Positions 39,978 to 50,300 of a stretch of DNA of 64,000 nucleotides are shown in pieces (position 1 is the stretch's first letter; each line of letters opens with the position of its first letter). The position numbers and the translations under genes are program-made. Source of the DNA: Nitrosopumilus sp. (GTDB taxonomy: Archaea > Thermoproteota > Nitrososphaeria > Nitrososphaerales > Nitrosopumilaceae); the NCBI GenBank assembly GCA_965206745.1, contig OZ242220.1, forward strand, positions 256,001-320,000. The letters are read 5' to 3'. The notes beneath the pieces were generated by a model, which searched no databases, was not told the origin of the DNA, and saw only the letters and a program-made list of their open reading frames with translations.

Positions 39978-40681
39978 AGATCATTCCTGCAATTGACCTG
40001 ATGGACGGCAAGGTTGTAAGGCTGTACAAGGGGGATCCCAGCCAAAAAACTGTGTATAGCGATGATCCTGTAAAAATTGCCAAGCAATGGGAGTCTGCAG
40101 GTGCCGACATCCTTCACCTGGTGGACTTGGATGCTACCCTTGGCTTGGGCTCCAACCTTGATGTGATCAAAAAAATTCTTGATGCAGTTACAGTCCCCGT
40201 CCAAGTTGCAGGCGGATTAAGGGAAAAGTCGCTGGCCCTGGAAATGGCCCGTCTCTCTGACCGCATCGTCCTTGGAACCCTGGCATTTAAAGACAAGGAA
40301 CTGCTAAAACTATTATTGCACCAGCTTGGTCCGGAAAAAATCGTGATATCAGTTGATCACAGAGACGGTGAGATAGTGATTCATGGCTGGCAAGACGATG
40401 CGGGAATCCAACTGATTCCTGCAATCAAGGAATTTTTAGAGATGGGGTTTACCGAATTTTTGCTAACAAATGTCAATCGTGATGGAACCTTGGAAGGACC
40501 GGATTTGGAATTTTTAGAACAGGCATGCATGTCTTCAGATGCAAACGTGATTGCCAGTGGGGGGATCTCCAATATACGCGATGTTGAGGATGTAAGGGAA
40601 AAAAACGCATATGGTGTAATTCTTGGAAAGGCACTTTATGAGAAAAAGATCTCAATTGAGGATGCAAAGAAATTATCATGA
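39974..40681 (+). CDS. hisA: ProFAR isomerase
   Basis: IIPAIDL..G.VVRL..G, HLVDLD, DGTL.GPD, ASGGI. Confidence 0.95.
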   Translation: MKIIPAIDLMDGKVVRLYKGDPSQKTVYSDDPVKIAKQWESAGADILHLVDLDATLGLGSNLDVIKKILDAVTVPVQVAGGLREKSLALEMARLSDRIVLGTLAFKDKELLKLLLHQLGPEKIVISVDHRDGEIVIHGWQDDAGIQLIPAIKEFLEMGFTEFLLTNVNRDGTLEGPDLEFLEQACMSSDANVIASGGISNIRDVEDVREKNAYGVILGKALYEKKISIEDAKKLS

Positions 40682-41481
40682 CACTGACTAAAAGAATCAT
40701 CCCATGTTTGGATGTAAGAGATGGCAGAGTAGTCAAGGGATTGCATTTTGAGTCGATAAAGGACGCAGGAGATCCTGTGGAGCTGGCAGAAAAGTACAGC
40801 AACGAGGGGGCAGACGAGCTAGTCTTTTTGGACATTACTGCATCTGATGAGCAGCGCAAGACAATCAAGGATCTGGTCAGAAGGGTTGCATCCGTAATTG
40901 ACATTCCCTTTACCGTGGGTGGCGGGGTAAAGTCGTTGGAGGATGCAAGGAACATCCTGCTTAATGGGGCAGACAAGGTCGGAATCAATACCGGGGCGAT
41001 AAAAAATCCCAAAATCATCACAGAGTTGATGGCGCTGTTTGGCCGCCAATGCGTTGTAGTGGCAGTTGATGCCAAAAGAAACTTTGATCCCACCGGCAGA
41101 AAAAATGTTTTTACTGAAAATGGGAGACAGTTCTGGTTTGAGGTCTTCATTTACGGCGGAAAGGAGGGAACCGGCATAGATGTCATAGAGTGGGTAAAAG
41201 ATGCGCAGAGACTCGGCGCAGGCGAGATTCTTCTTACCAGTATTGACAAGGACGGGACAAAGGACGGCTATGATATTCTACTAACACGCAAGGTCGTAGA
41301 GTCTGTCTCCATACCTGTAATTGCCTCAGGGGGGTGCGGAGATCCGGATGATATGATCAGCGTCTTTAAGGAATCCGATGTGGATGCTGCCTTGGCTGCC
41401 TCGATATTCCACTATAACAAGCACGGCGTAAATGGCGTAAAGTCCCATTTGAAGAGCAACAAAATCCCTGTAAGGTTATAA
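40678..41481 (+). CDS. hisF: imidazole glycerol phosphate synthase, cyclase subunit
   Basis: [38 protein letters not shown]. Confidence 0.97.
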   Translation: MTLTKRIIPCLDVRDGRVVKGLHFESIKDAGDPVELAEKYSNEGADELVFLDITASDEQRKTIKDLVRRVASVIDIPFTVGGGVKSLEDARNILLNGADKVGINTGAIKNPKIITELMALFGRQCVVVAVDAKRNFDPTGRKNVFTENGRQFWFEVFIYGGKEGTGIDVIEWVKDAQRLGAGEILLTSIDKDGTKDGYDILLTRKVVESVSIPVIASGGCGDPDDMISVFKESDVDAALAASIFHYNKHGVNGVKSHLKSNKIPVRL

Positions 41482-41504
41482 TAGCTACTCTGCTATCTCC
41501 TACT

Positions 41505-41828
41505 ATGAAAAAATCTGTCAGTGACATAGACTTTGAGAAGGGTGGTGGTCTTGTACCTGTAATTGTTCAGGATGCAGACACAAAGGATGTCTTGACTCTG
41601 GCTTATGCAAACAAGGAATCACTGGAACTGGCAGAAAAAACCGGGAACTCTTGGTTTTGGAGCCGTTCACGAAGCAAGCTTTGGATGAAGGGCGAGGAGT
41701 CTGGCAACACTCAGAGGATTAAAGAGATCCTAGTAGACTGTGATTCAGATGCAATCATTTATCTTGTCAAACCCTCAGGACCTGCATGCCATCTGGGAGA
41801 GAAGGTCTGTTTTCACAATAGCCTGTAG
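41505..41828 (+). CDS. hisI: phosphoribosyl-AMP cyclohydrolase
   Basis: WSRSR..LW.KGEESGN, DCDSD, ACH.G...CF. Confidence 0.95.
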   Translation: MKKSVSDIDFEKGGGLVPVIVQDADTKDVLTLAYANKESLELAEKTGNSWFWSRSRSKLWMKGEESGNTQRIKEILVDCDSDAIIYLVKPSGPACHLGEKVCFHNSL

Positions 41829-41835
41829 GAACAAT

Positions 41836-42423
41836 TCAGCATACGGGCTCGTATCTTTCCTCCTCGCCTGGAAGAATCTCATCTGTCATTTCAAACTCCA
41901 AGTCCGGATACTCTGTTCCTCTAAACACGACCCTCCACTTCCCTACAAGGTCATCGATACTGCAAAATTTGTCACTCTTTGAAAGCTGCGGATCAAAATA
42001 ATAATTAAATGCTGATTTTGCTGATCCGTCAAATGGCAGGGTAAAGTAGACAGAATAGTGCGTGCTGTTTAGCTGGTGTAGCAGTACAATCTCGCCTTTT
42101 TCATTGTGGCCTAGCGGTCCGACCCTCATGTATATCTTCTCACCCAAGATGTACTGGCTTCGATCAATCTGAAACGATCCTGACGTAATCCACTCCCTGG
42201 GTCCTGACGAGTAATCATTCTCTATATCTATCTCTTCAATTTTATCTAGATTCCCTTGAGTCTCTGATGTGTTACCCTTGTCTGGATTTGCTGTTCCATC
42301 AAAAGAATCCCAAATCCCCATCTCATCAGATCCCTGATTGCTTGCTACTGCAACTGTGACAATAACTATTCCTACGATGATTGGCACTACAATCTTGCTG
42401 TTCACAAAGGATATCTTTGTCAA
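41836..42423 (-). CDS. membrane-anchored hypothetical protein
   Basis: N-terminal TM helix, 195-aa ORF. Confidence 0.7.
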   Translation of the reverse strand: MTKISFVNSKIVVPIIVGIVIVTVAVASNQGSDEMGIWDSFDGTANPDKGNTSETQGNLDKIEEIDIENDYSSGPREWITSGSFQIDRSQYILGEKIYMRVGPLGHNEKGEIVLLHQLNSTHYSVYFTLPFDGSAKSAFNYYFDPQLSKSDKFCSIDDLVGKWRVVFRGTEYPDLEFEMTDEILPGEEERYEPVC

Positions 42424-42613
42424 AATAACTAAAAGCCTTACTCACAGTCTAGAGATCGGAGAAATTTTCCATTTTTGCTGATTTTTTGCCAATTTCCAGA
42501 CGATTCCTTATATGATGCCTGATCTCCCATTATATTTTTTAGTCGTTAAAATTAAGTAATGCTTAACTTGATATTAGGATTTTTTATCTATATTCTCAAA
42601 GGAGATACTGATC

Positions 42614-43828
42614 TTGACTAGAACTTCACTGCAATGCAGAGAATGCAAAAAAGACTATGATACTGCATTCAAGTATGTCTGCGAGGAGTGCTTTGGACCA
42701 CTTGATGTAAAATATGATTTTCCTGCCATTACAAAGAGCACGTTTGCAGATCGTGAGCATACCTATTGGAGATACTTTGAGTTGCTGCCAATAGAGAGCA
42801 AATCCAACATTGTCAGCATCGGTGCGGGCATGACTCCCCTTATCAAGGCTGACAATCTTGGAAAAAGATTGGGACTCAACAACCTTTACATCAAAAACGA
42901 CTCTGTCAATCCCACGTTCTCATTTAAGGACAGGCCTGCAGGAGTTGCAATATCCAAGGCCAAAGAGTTTGGTCTGTCTGCTGTAGGATGCGCATCCACT
43001 GGAAACCTGGCATCTGCCACTGCAGCTCATGCGGCCAAAGCTGGACTGCCATGCCACGTGTTTGCGCCAAGCAACATCGAGATGGCAAAGATCACACAGG
43101 CACTCTCCTACGGTGCAAACTATATCGCAGTTGATGGAACCTATGATGATGCAAATAGAATAGCTGCACAGATTGGTGACAGCAGAGGCATTGGCATCGT
43201 AAACATCAACATGCGCTCTCATTATGTGGAGGGCTCTAAAACATTTTCATTTGAGGTTGCAGAACAGCTTGACTGGCAGGTGCCTGATCAGTTGATAATC
43301 CCGGTGGGAAGCGGGGCGATGCTCAATGCGATATGCAAGGGGTTTGAGGAACTGCAGACTGTCTCACTGCTTGATGATGTCTCAAGCATGCACATGATTG
43401 CAGCGCAGCCGCACGGATGTGCCCCCATCGTTGACGCATTTAAGAAGAACAGCGATGACGTTGTCCCAGTTGAGCATCCTGACACTGTTGCAAAAAGCCT
43501 GGCAATCGGCGATCCAGGCGATGGCAGATATGTCCTGAAGCGTCTGCAACAGTATAACGGATTTGCAGAAGAGACAAACGACAAGGAGATCCTTGATGCG
43601 ATTTTGCTGCTTGCAAAAACCGAAGGAATATTTACAGAGCCTGCAGGAGGCGTATCGATATCCGTCCTTCAAAAGATGGTCGAGCAAGGAAAGATTGATG
43701 CAAATGACAGGGTGGTATGCTATGTCACTGGTAACGGACTCAAGGCAACTGAATCCATCATGAAGGTTCTGCAAAAGCCGGCAGTCATGAAGGCAGACAT
43801 TGGTGAAATATCGGCGGTAGTAAACTGA
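42614..43828 (+). CDS. thrC: threonine synthase family PLP enzyme
   Basis: N-terminal CxxC..CxxC, NPTFSFKDR, CASTGN, PVGSG, TGNGLK. Confidence 0.9.
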   Translation: MTRTSLQCRECKKDYDTAFKYVCEECFGPLDVKYDFPAITKSTFADREHTYWRYFELLPIESKSNIVSIGAGMTPLIKADNLGKRLGLNNLYIKNDSVNPTFSFKDRPAGVAISKAKEFGLSAVGCASTGNLASATAAHAAKAGLPCHVFAPSNIEMAKITQALSYGANYIAVDGTYDDANRIAAQIGDSRGIGIVNINMRSHYVEGSKTFSFEVAEQLDWQVPDQLIIPVGSGAMLNAICKGFEELQTVSLLDDVSSMHMIAAQPHGCAPIVDAFKKNSDDVVPVEHPDTVAKSLAIGDPGDGRYVLKRLQQYNGFAEETNDKEILDAILLLAKTEGIFTEPAGGVSISVLQKMVEQGKIDANDRVVCYVTGNGLKATESIMKVLQKPAVMKADIGEISAVVN

Positions 43829-45159
43829 TGGCAGACGTCACATTTACCATTCCATCTGTACTGAATCAGAGCGGTGGGGAGAAGAAGATACAAATCTCAG
43901 TCGACTCTCTGACTGACGCGTTTGCCAAAGTCTCAGAATCAATGGGTGATGATTTTAAGAGAAGGGTGCTGGAGGGTGACGGAAAGCCACGCTCGCTGAT
44001 TAACATCTACATCAACGGAAAGAATGCAAAATTCTCTAGCGGCATGCAGACTGTTCTGAAGGACGGTGATGAGATTTACATTTTACCTGCTGTGGCAGGC
44101 GGCTCAGAGGATCTGTCTGCAAGGGAGCTTGACAGATATTCACGGCAGGTCATGCTTGAGGAGATTGGATATAACGGGCAGCTAAAACTAAAGAACGCCA
44201 AGGTCTGCGTTGTAGGAACCGGCGGCTTGGGAAACCCGATCACCACAAGGCTGGCTGCCATGGGTGTCGGCACATTACGCATTGTTGACCGGGATGTAAT
44301 TGAGCTATCCAACCTGCACAGGCAGACAATGTTTGATGAGGATGACGTGGGTCAAGTCAAGGTGGAGGTGGCCGAAAAAAAATTACAGAAACTAAACCCT
44401 GATTGCAAGATAGAGGCACTGGCAGTCTCTGTAAATGACTATACCGCATTGGAGGTTGTCGAGGGCTGCGATGTTGTAATTGATGCGCTGGACAGTGTCA
44501 ATGCAAGGTACGCACTAAACAAGGCATGCGTGAAATTCAAAATCCCGTTTGTGACGGGGGCCGCAGTTGGTGTTTCAGGACAGGCATTCACAGTTCTGCC
44601 AAAGGAGAGCGCATGTTATTTCTGCATGTTTCCTGATCTGGATGAGGACACAATGCCGACATGCAGCATTGAAGGGGTCCACCCGTCAATACTCTCACTT
44701 GTTGGCGGGATCGAGGTTGCAGAAGCTGTCAAAATCATCATTGGAAAAAAACCGAGCCTGTCTGAGAGGATCTTGCACATTGACTTGGAAAATCTCGACT
44801 TTAACAGCACCCGAACATTCAGAGCCGATGAATGCCCGGTTTGTGGTACAGGCAAGCTACAGGTTGTCGAGAAAGAGGAGTTGATCTTGGAGGAACTGTG
44901 TGGCAGAAACAGGGGAAAACGCACGTACTCTATTACCCCGACCCGGATATTTGATCTTGATGTGGCCAGTGTAACTACCAATGCCAAAGAAAAGGGGTTC
45001 ATTGTGGAGAATCTGGGAAATCTGGGACTGTCCATGAGAACCGGCGAACTCTCTGTAAGCTTTTTGAAGAAGGGTTCTGCCGTACTAGTTGGATCAAAGG
45101 ACGAGGCAGATGCCATATCCCTCTACAAGAGTTTGCTAGGTCAGGAGATCAGGGCCTAA
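43828..45159 (+). CDS. MoaD/ThiS ubiquitin-like domain fused to ThiF/MoeB adenylyltransferase
   Basis: ILPAVAGG then RYSRQ, GTGGLG, ELSNLHRQ, CYFC, CPVC. Confidence 0.9.
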   Translation: MADVTFTIPSVLNQSGGEKKIQISVDSLTDAFAKVSESMGDDFKRRVLEGDGKPRSLINIYINGKNAKFSSGMQTVLKDGDEIYILPAVAGGSEDLSARELDRYSRQVMLEEIGYNGQLKLKNAKVCVVGTGGLGNPITTRLAAMGVGTLRIVDRDVIELSNLHRQTMFDEDDVGQVKVEVAEKKLQKLNPDCKIEALAVSVNDYTALEVVEGCDVVIDALDSVNARYALNKACVKFKIPFVTGAAVGVSGQAFTVLPKESACYFCMFPDLDEDTMPTCSIEGVHPSILSLVGGIEVAEAVKIIIGKKPSLSERILHIDLENLDFNSTRTFRADECPVCGTGKLQVVEKEELILEELCGRNRGKRTYSITPTRIFDLDVASVTTNAKEKGFIVENLGNLGLSMRTGELSVSFLKKGSAVLVGSKDEADAISLYKSLLGQEIRA

Positions 45160-45269
45160 GACAGGCTATAGAAGTTTCACACAAAATCTAAAAAATCCGA
45201 TGATCAGCTCCCCTCTTGCTAGATAACCCCCTTGAATTACTTTAATGTGCCAGAGTTGACAAATCTATA

Positions 45270-46370
45270 ATGGTTAGAAATACAATGCTGGTACTCTTCA
45301 CAGTACTAGCTATCGGAATGATGACAGTACCTGCATATGCAGAGACACAACTATCCCCACTAAAACAGTTCAACATGGGCATTCCAATAGGACAAATCCA
45401 GTGCAATGAGAATAAGGTGCTGATGCTGTCCAACTCAGGTAGACTATCATGCATCACTGTTGACACGTCTGTTATTTTGGCAGACAGGGGTTTTTCATTT
45501 GTAAACTACTCTGATGAAAAAGCCCACTTTGAGGATTCAACAACCACGATCACGTCTTTGGCTCCAGAAGGTGGTCATGCCTTTATGGGTGGATACAGGG
45601 CTGATGTTTCATTAGAGTTTCCAAATAGCATAAGTATTGGTGAAGAGTTTGCCATTAACTTTGTAGTTGATCCAAGAACTGATAACGCATCAGATATACT
45701 TGATACTATGATTTATCATCATACTGGATTTGTGCCAACAGACTTTGAGATTCTAACTGAATTTGATAGTTTGGTTGTTGCACGAGTTGACAAATATGAA
45801 CATCATGGACAGTATCGATATGATGATTTTTTCACTGAATCCATGGTTGACAAAGAAAAGAATACCATTGTCGGTTCAATAAATCTCAAATTAAATGATG
45901 AGATGGTTCATGAATTTGATTATTTTGCACTTAATGCAGGTCTTGCTCATGTGAGTTTAATGTTTGAAAAGACAGACGGTGGTGCAATATTATACAAGGG
46001 CGATCTTAGAAAAATTGTTGAGATAGAATCAGACAGATATAGAAATGATGGAGTTGATGATCCTAACACATTTGATTTTGATGCATACGAGCCCAAAGCT
46101 TTAGGTCCCGATGGCCTCCCACCTGATGATAACATCAACATCTATCCTGAAGATGTTGAGCCTGTATATTATGTTCCAAAAGAATCTTGGGAGTACTTTG
46201 CAGAAATGATAAGACATGTTGAAAGTGAGTATGGTGTAAAGAATTTTACTTCTTTTATAGTGGATCATATGGGATTCTCTAAAGAATTTGCAGATGAATA
46301 CATTGAAGCATATCCGGAATTCCAAACCCAAGGCATAGAAACTGGTGTATTTTCCAGAAGTAATATCTAG
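45270..46370 (+). CDS. secreted hypothetical protein, paralog 3 (shared N-terminal module)
   Basis: Signal peptide VPAYA|E, LSPLKQFNMGIPIGQIQCNENKVL..S.SGRLSC. Confidence 0.8.
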   Translation: MVRNTMLVLFTVLAIGMMTVPAYAETQLSPLKQFNMGIPIGQIQCNENKVLMLSNSGRLSCITVDTSVILADRGFSFVNYSDEKAHFEDSTTTITSLAPEGGHAFMGGYRADVSLEFPNSISIGEEFAINFVVDPRTDNASDILDTMIYHHTGFVPTDFEILTEFDSLVVARVDKYEHHGQYRYDDFFTESMVDKEKNTIVGSINLKLNDEMVHEFDYFALNAGLAHVSLMFEKTDGGAILYKGDLRKIVEIESDRYRNDGVDDPNTFDFDAYEPKALGPDGLPPDDNINIYPEDVEPVYYVPKESWEYFAEMIRHVESEYGVKNFTSFIVDHMGFSKEFADEYIEAYPEFQTQGIETGVFSRSNI

Positions 46371-46393
46371 GAGAAGATTGGCAATTAATTAAA

Positions 46394-47365
46394 ATGAAGT
46401 TCCAAATACTGCTTTCCGTTTTAGTTGTCTTTCTGCTGGCGCATGCCCCTGATGCTTTTTCTGCAGAACTTGTACTGTCCACAAACGGCAAGGTCTATTC
46501 CCCTGAGCACACTTTGCAAGTGTATGGCAAAGGACTGCCTGAGGAGGATCTAATCCTACGACTCTTCTCCCCGGATGAATCCATTGCAAAGTTTGATCAG
46601 ATAACCACAAAACCCGATGGCTCCTTTAACTATGATCTGCTTACCTGGCCTGAGCCATCAACAAGCTTTCCCTATGGAACCTACACAGTTGAGCTAATCA
46701 GCACAAAACAAAACGGGATCTCTGAAAAAATCGACGTGAAATTTTCATCCACCACCGAACTGCTTGACGTGACTGTCGAGAGGTTTGTGAACACTTTGGT
46801 CTTTGCACCTGAGACTGCGGCAATTGGCCAGTCCTTTAGAGTCTTTGTGCAGACGACAAGTGACGGCCTTTTGGTTGGAAACGAGCCATCCAAGCTGTTG
46901 GGCTCAACGCATGTTCACCTGCCATCTGGCGTCTCTGTTACCCTGTCTAGTTCATTTAAGACGCTGCACCAGGGACTGTACTTTGTAGATTACACGCCCG
47001 TAGAGGAGGGCACCCACGTGTTTCACGTGGTTGCATTTAGTCAAGGAACCACGTCGCATGGTTCTGCTGCCACCAACGTTCTGAGTCAGGATCTTGGGGG
47101 CATATCCGAGCAGATAATCAAGCTAAACTCTGTCCTAAAAGAGACGTCTGAGGAGCTTGACATTCTTCAATCCGAGATTGAGGGGTTTGATAATACCTTG
47201 GACTATGCAATAAGCCAGATAGATCAAAATATCGGCACCTTTGCACTTTCTGCAAGGTCCATCAGCGAATCGTCTGCACAGCTAAATGCATTGCTACTGC
47301 CAATCATTGCATCCATTGGACTAATTGTCGCACTGCAGGTTGCAATCCTTTCTAGAAGAAGATAG
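46394..47365 (+). CDS. exported protein with Ig-like region, coiled coil and C-terminal TM anchor
   Basis: Signal peptide, C-terminal hydrophobic helix followed by RRR. Confidence 0.75.
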   Translation: MKFQILLSVLVVFLLAHAPDAFSAELVLSTNGKVYSPEHTLQVYGKGLPEEDLILRLFSPDESIAKFDQITTKPDGSFNYDLLTWPEPSTSFPYGTYTVELISTKQNGISEKIDVKFSSTTELLDVTVERFVNTLVFAPETAAIGQSFRVFVQTTSDGLLVGNEPSKLLGSTHVHLPSGVSVTLSSSFKTLHQGLYFVDYTPVEEGTHVFHVVAFSQGTTSHGSAATNVLSQDLGGISEQIIKLNSVLKETSEELDILQSEIEGFDNTLDYAISQIDQNIGTFALSARSISESSAQLNALLLPIIASIGLIVALQVAILSRRR

Positions 47366-47381
47366 TTATAATAATACAGCA

Positions 47382-50300
47382 ATGGCAAACAACTTGATGA
47401 TGATGCCCAAAGTGGCGATTTTCTCTCTCATGCTGCTCTTCTTGCCAATGCTGGGTATCTCAAACGCATTGATTCCAGTTGATCTAAAAAGTAGCAGTGA
47501 TGTACCAAACATCCCGCTCCTTGATTCTGATATAGTTGAAATTAACCCTGATTTTTTTACTGAAAATAATTTCAAGAGATACCTGATCTTTGGTAGCAGT
47601 TCCCAAGATAGCAGTGCCCTGAAAACCAACTCGATTCACGGGATTCACTCCGATACCGGATTCTTTTACGTGTCCCTTTTGAGTGAAACCTTGGCATCGA
47701 ACCTGGCTGAACAGGGGTATCATATCATTGAAGATTTCAAGTTGGACTTTTACTCATCTGATGAGCAGGTTCCTGATGCTTCTAGAATCGGCAACGTTAC
47801 TGGCTCTAATCTGGCAAAGGCAAAGTACGATTCCACAGGAAACGGCACCGTTGTTGCAATAGTGGATACGGGCGTTGATTTTTCAAATCCCGACATACAG
47901 CACTCGCTTGCACGGGACAAGATTAATCATCCCATCATGCTGGATCCCGACGGACAGGGAATCGTGCTGACAAATGCGACTTTTTTTGCATACATTGACG
48001 AGGATCAGATCATTCGAAACTACAGCAAACCGACTCCGTCTGGCATGACATCATCAGTCTATGTCTCAAACCAGGGGGTATTCCTTGATGTATCTCAGGG
48101 TGGCAGGGGAATCGAGATCGAAATGTACAACTCATTCTTTCCGCAGCTGGGCGCATCAGTCGTTTTTAATGGAACCCTGGTTGACGATATGAAGATCGGC
48201 GAGGATAATCGGGACTATATACAATCAAAGAGTGGGGTATACCATCTTGGCGTCATATACCAGGGTGCGGCAACTGGGGGACTGGCAAGAATTCAGGCAG
48301 TGCCAGTATTGGTCGTGGACTCTTTTACTCCGGGCGTATATGATACCATAATACCTGATCTGAGTACGTCCTGGGAGGACTATACAAGATATGATTTGGA
48401 GGCAGGAGAGAGACCAGACTATGACTTTGATTTCACCGACGAAAAGCCGATAGTGCTGGGAAGTGGAAAAGAATTTCTTGTCTATGACTCGGATGGTGAT
48501 GGAAAAAATGATTACAGTGCAGGAACGATCGGGGCACAGGTCCTTGATATTTATGGTGCAATTAGAAACAACTCCACTGACATTGATGAGCACCTCAATG
48601 CATTAAATGGCACCCTTCTGCCGGCGTTTGATTCTGACGGGGAATTTTTCGGAATCATGACTGATTTTGTGGGCCACGGCACATCCAGCGCCGCATCGAT
48701 AACCTCGCGTGGCCAGGAGACCTATGATATTTACAACAATTCAAAGAGATACTCCATAACTGGCGTAGCGCCTGACGCAAAGATTGTGCCAGTCAAGGCA
48801 TTATACTTTGGGGATACCGCGTTTGGCTGGCTGTGGTCTGCAGGATTTGACAATGTCGGTCATGATTGGAAGTATTCAGGCCAGCCAAGGGTTGATATAA
48901 TTTCCAACAGCTGGGGCATCTCAAACTTTCCATCATTTAACGCATCCCCCGGCATGGACATCCTGTCTATAATCTTGAGTGTCCTGACAACCCCCTGTTC
49001 TTTGGATGATGATTACTCTGGAATTACAATGGTCTCAAGTGCGGGAAACTCGGGTCACGGATACGGGACCATTGGATTGCCAAACGCGTCGCCTTTTGGA
49101 ATTTCAGTTGGTGCGACAACAAACAATGTGTTTGTAGGACATGGGCCTTTCAAGGATCAACCGCGGTTTGGAAACACAACTGATCATTCCAACCACGTCG
49201 TTGACTTTTCCAGCAGGGGCCCCAGTTCCATAGGGGATCCGAAACCTGACGTGATGAGCATCGGCGCCCATGGGTTCACGCCTTCGAGCATTCTGAAGAC
49301 TGCCAAGGATTCCAAGGAGGAATCCTTCTCCATGTTTGGCGGCACCAGCATGGCTGCCCCCCTGGTCTCTGGAAGTGTGGCAGTTCTAATTGAGGAGATG
49401 AAAAAACAGTCAAAAAACTATGACTCCTTTGCAATCAAGAACATCCTCATGTCTACTGCCACTGATCTGCACAACGATCCATTCACTCAGGGATCCGGCC
49501 TGGTAAATATTGAAACTGCATTAAATTACGTGCATGGTGATGATGGAGTCTTCATAGTGTATAATGACGCCTCGTATCAGAACATCAAGAACGTCCTAGA
49601 GCCTGCAATTGAAAAGGTCAACTTTACATCGATAGGATTCGAGCAGTTCCAGATGCCATCGCGCTCATTTCCAATGACGAGCTGGTTTGCAGGACAAATT
49701 TCCCCCGGAGACAGGACTACTGCCACCTTTACGATTGACAATCCCACCAACGACACCATCACAGTCGACATAAGCCCTAAAACGTTATCCCTGATATCAA
49801 GTACCCAGTTTGACGGGACGACAGATGTGCACCAGCAGGATTCCATTCTAAACGATCCTGACACCTTTATTCCCAACTACATAAGGCTGTCTGAAATTAA
49901 CAATCAAGATGGACTGATGTCATTTTTCAACAGTGATGATCCGATTCCCGACGAATCATCACTGATGATCTTAAACTTGAACTTTAAATTCGATGACTTT
50001 ATGAATGGCACATCCGATCTCTATGCAGACGATCTGAAGATCAGCTCCCTGTATCTCTATGACTGGACTGATAACAACAATGATACAAAGATTACCAGCG
50101 ATGAGTTATCCATGATAAACAGGGCAGGCTCCTGGGGGACCGTGCAGGAGTTGAGAGTCTCCGAACCCAATGAGAAGTTTGAAGGCGTGCCGTTAGTTGG
50201 AATATACCCTGTTCCAACCAGATACTCCTACTGGTTGGGGGACACCAGACAGAACTCAACGTCTATGGATTATACAGTGTCTGCAAGCCATTACCAAAAA

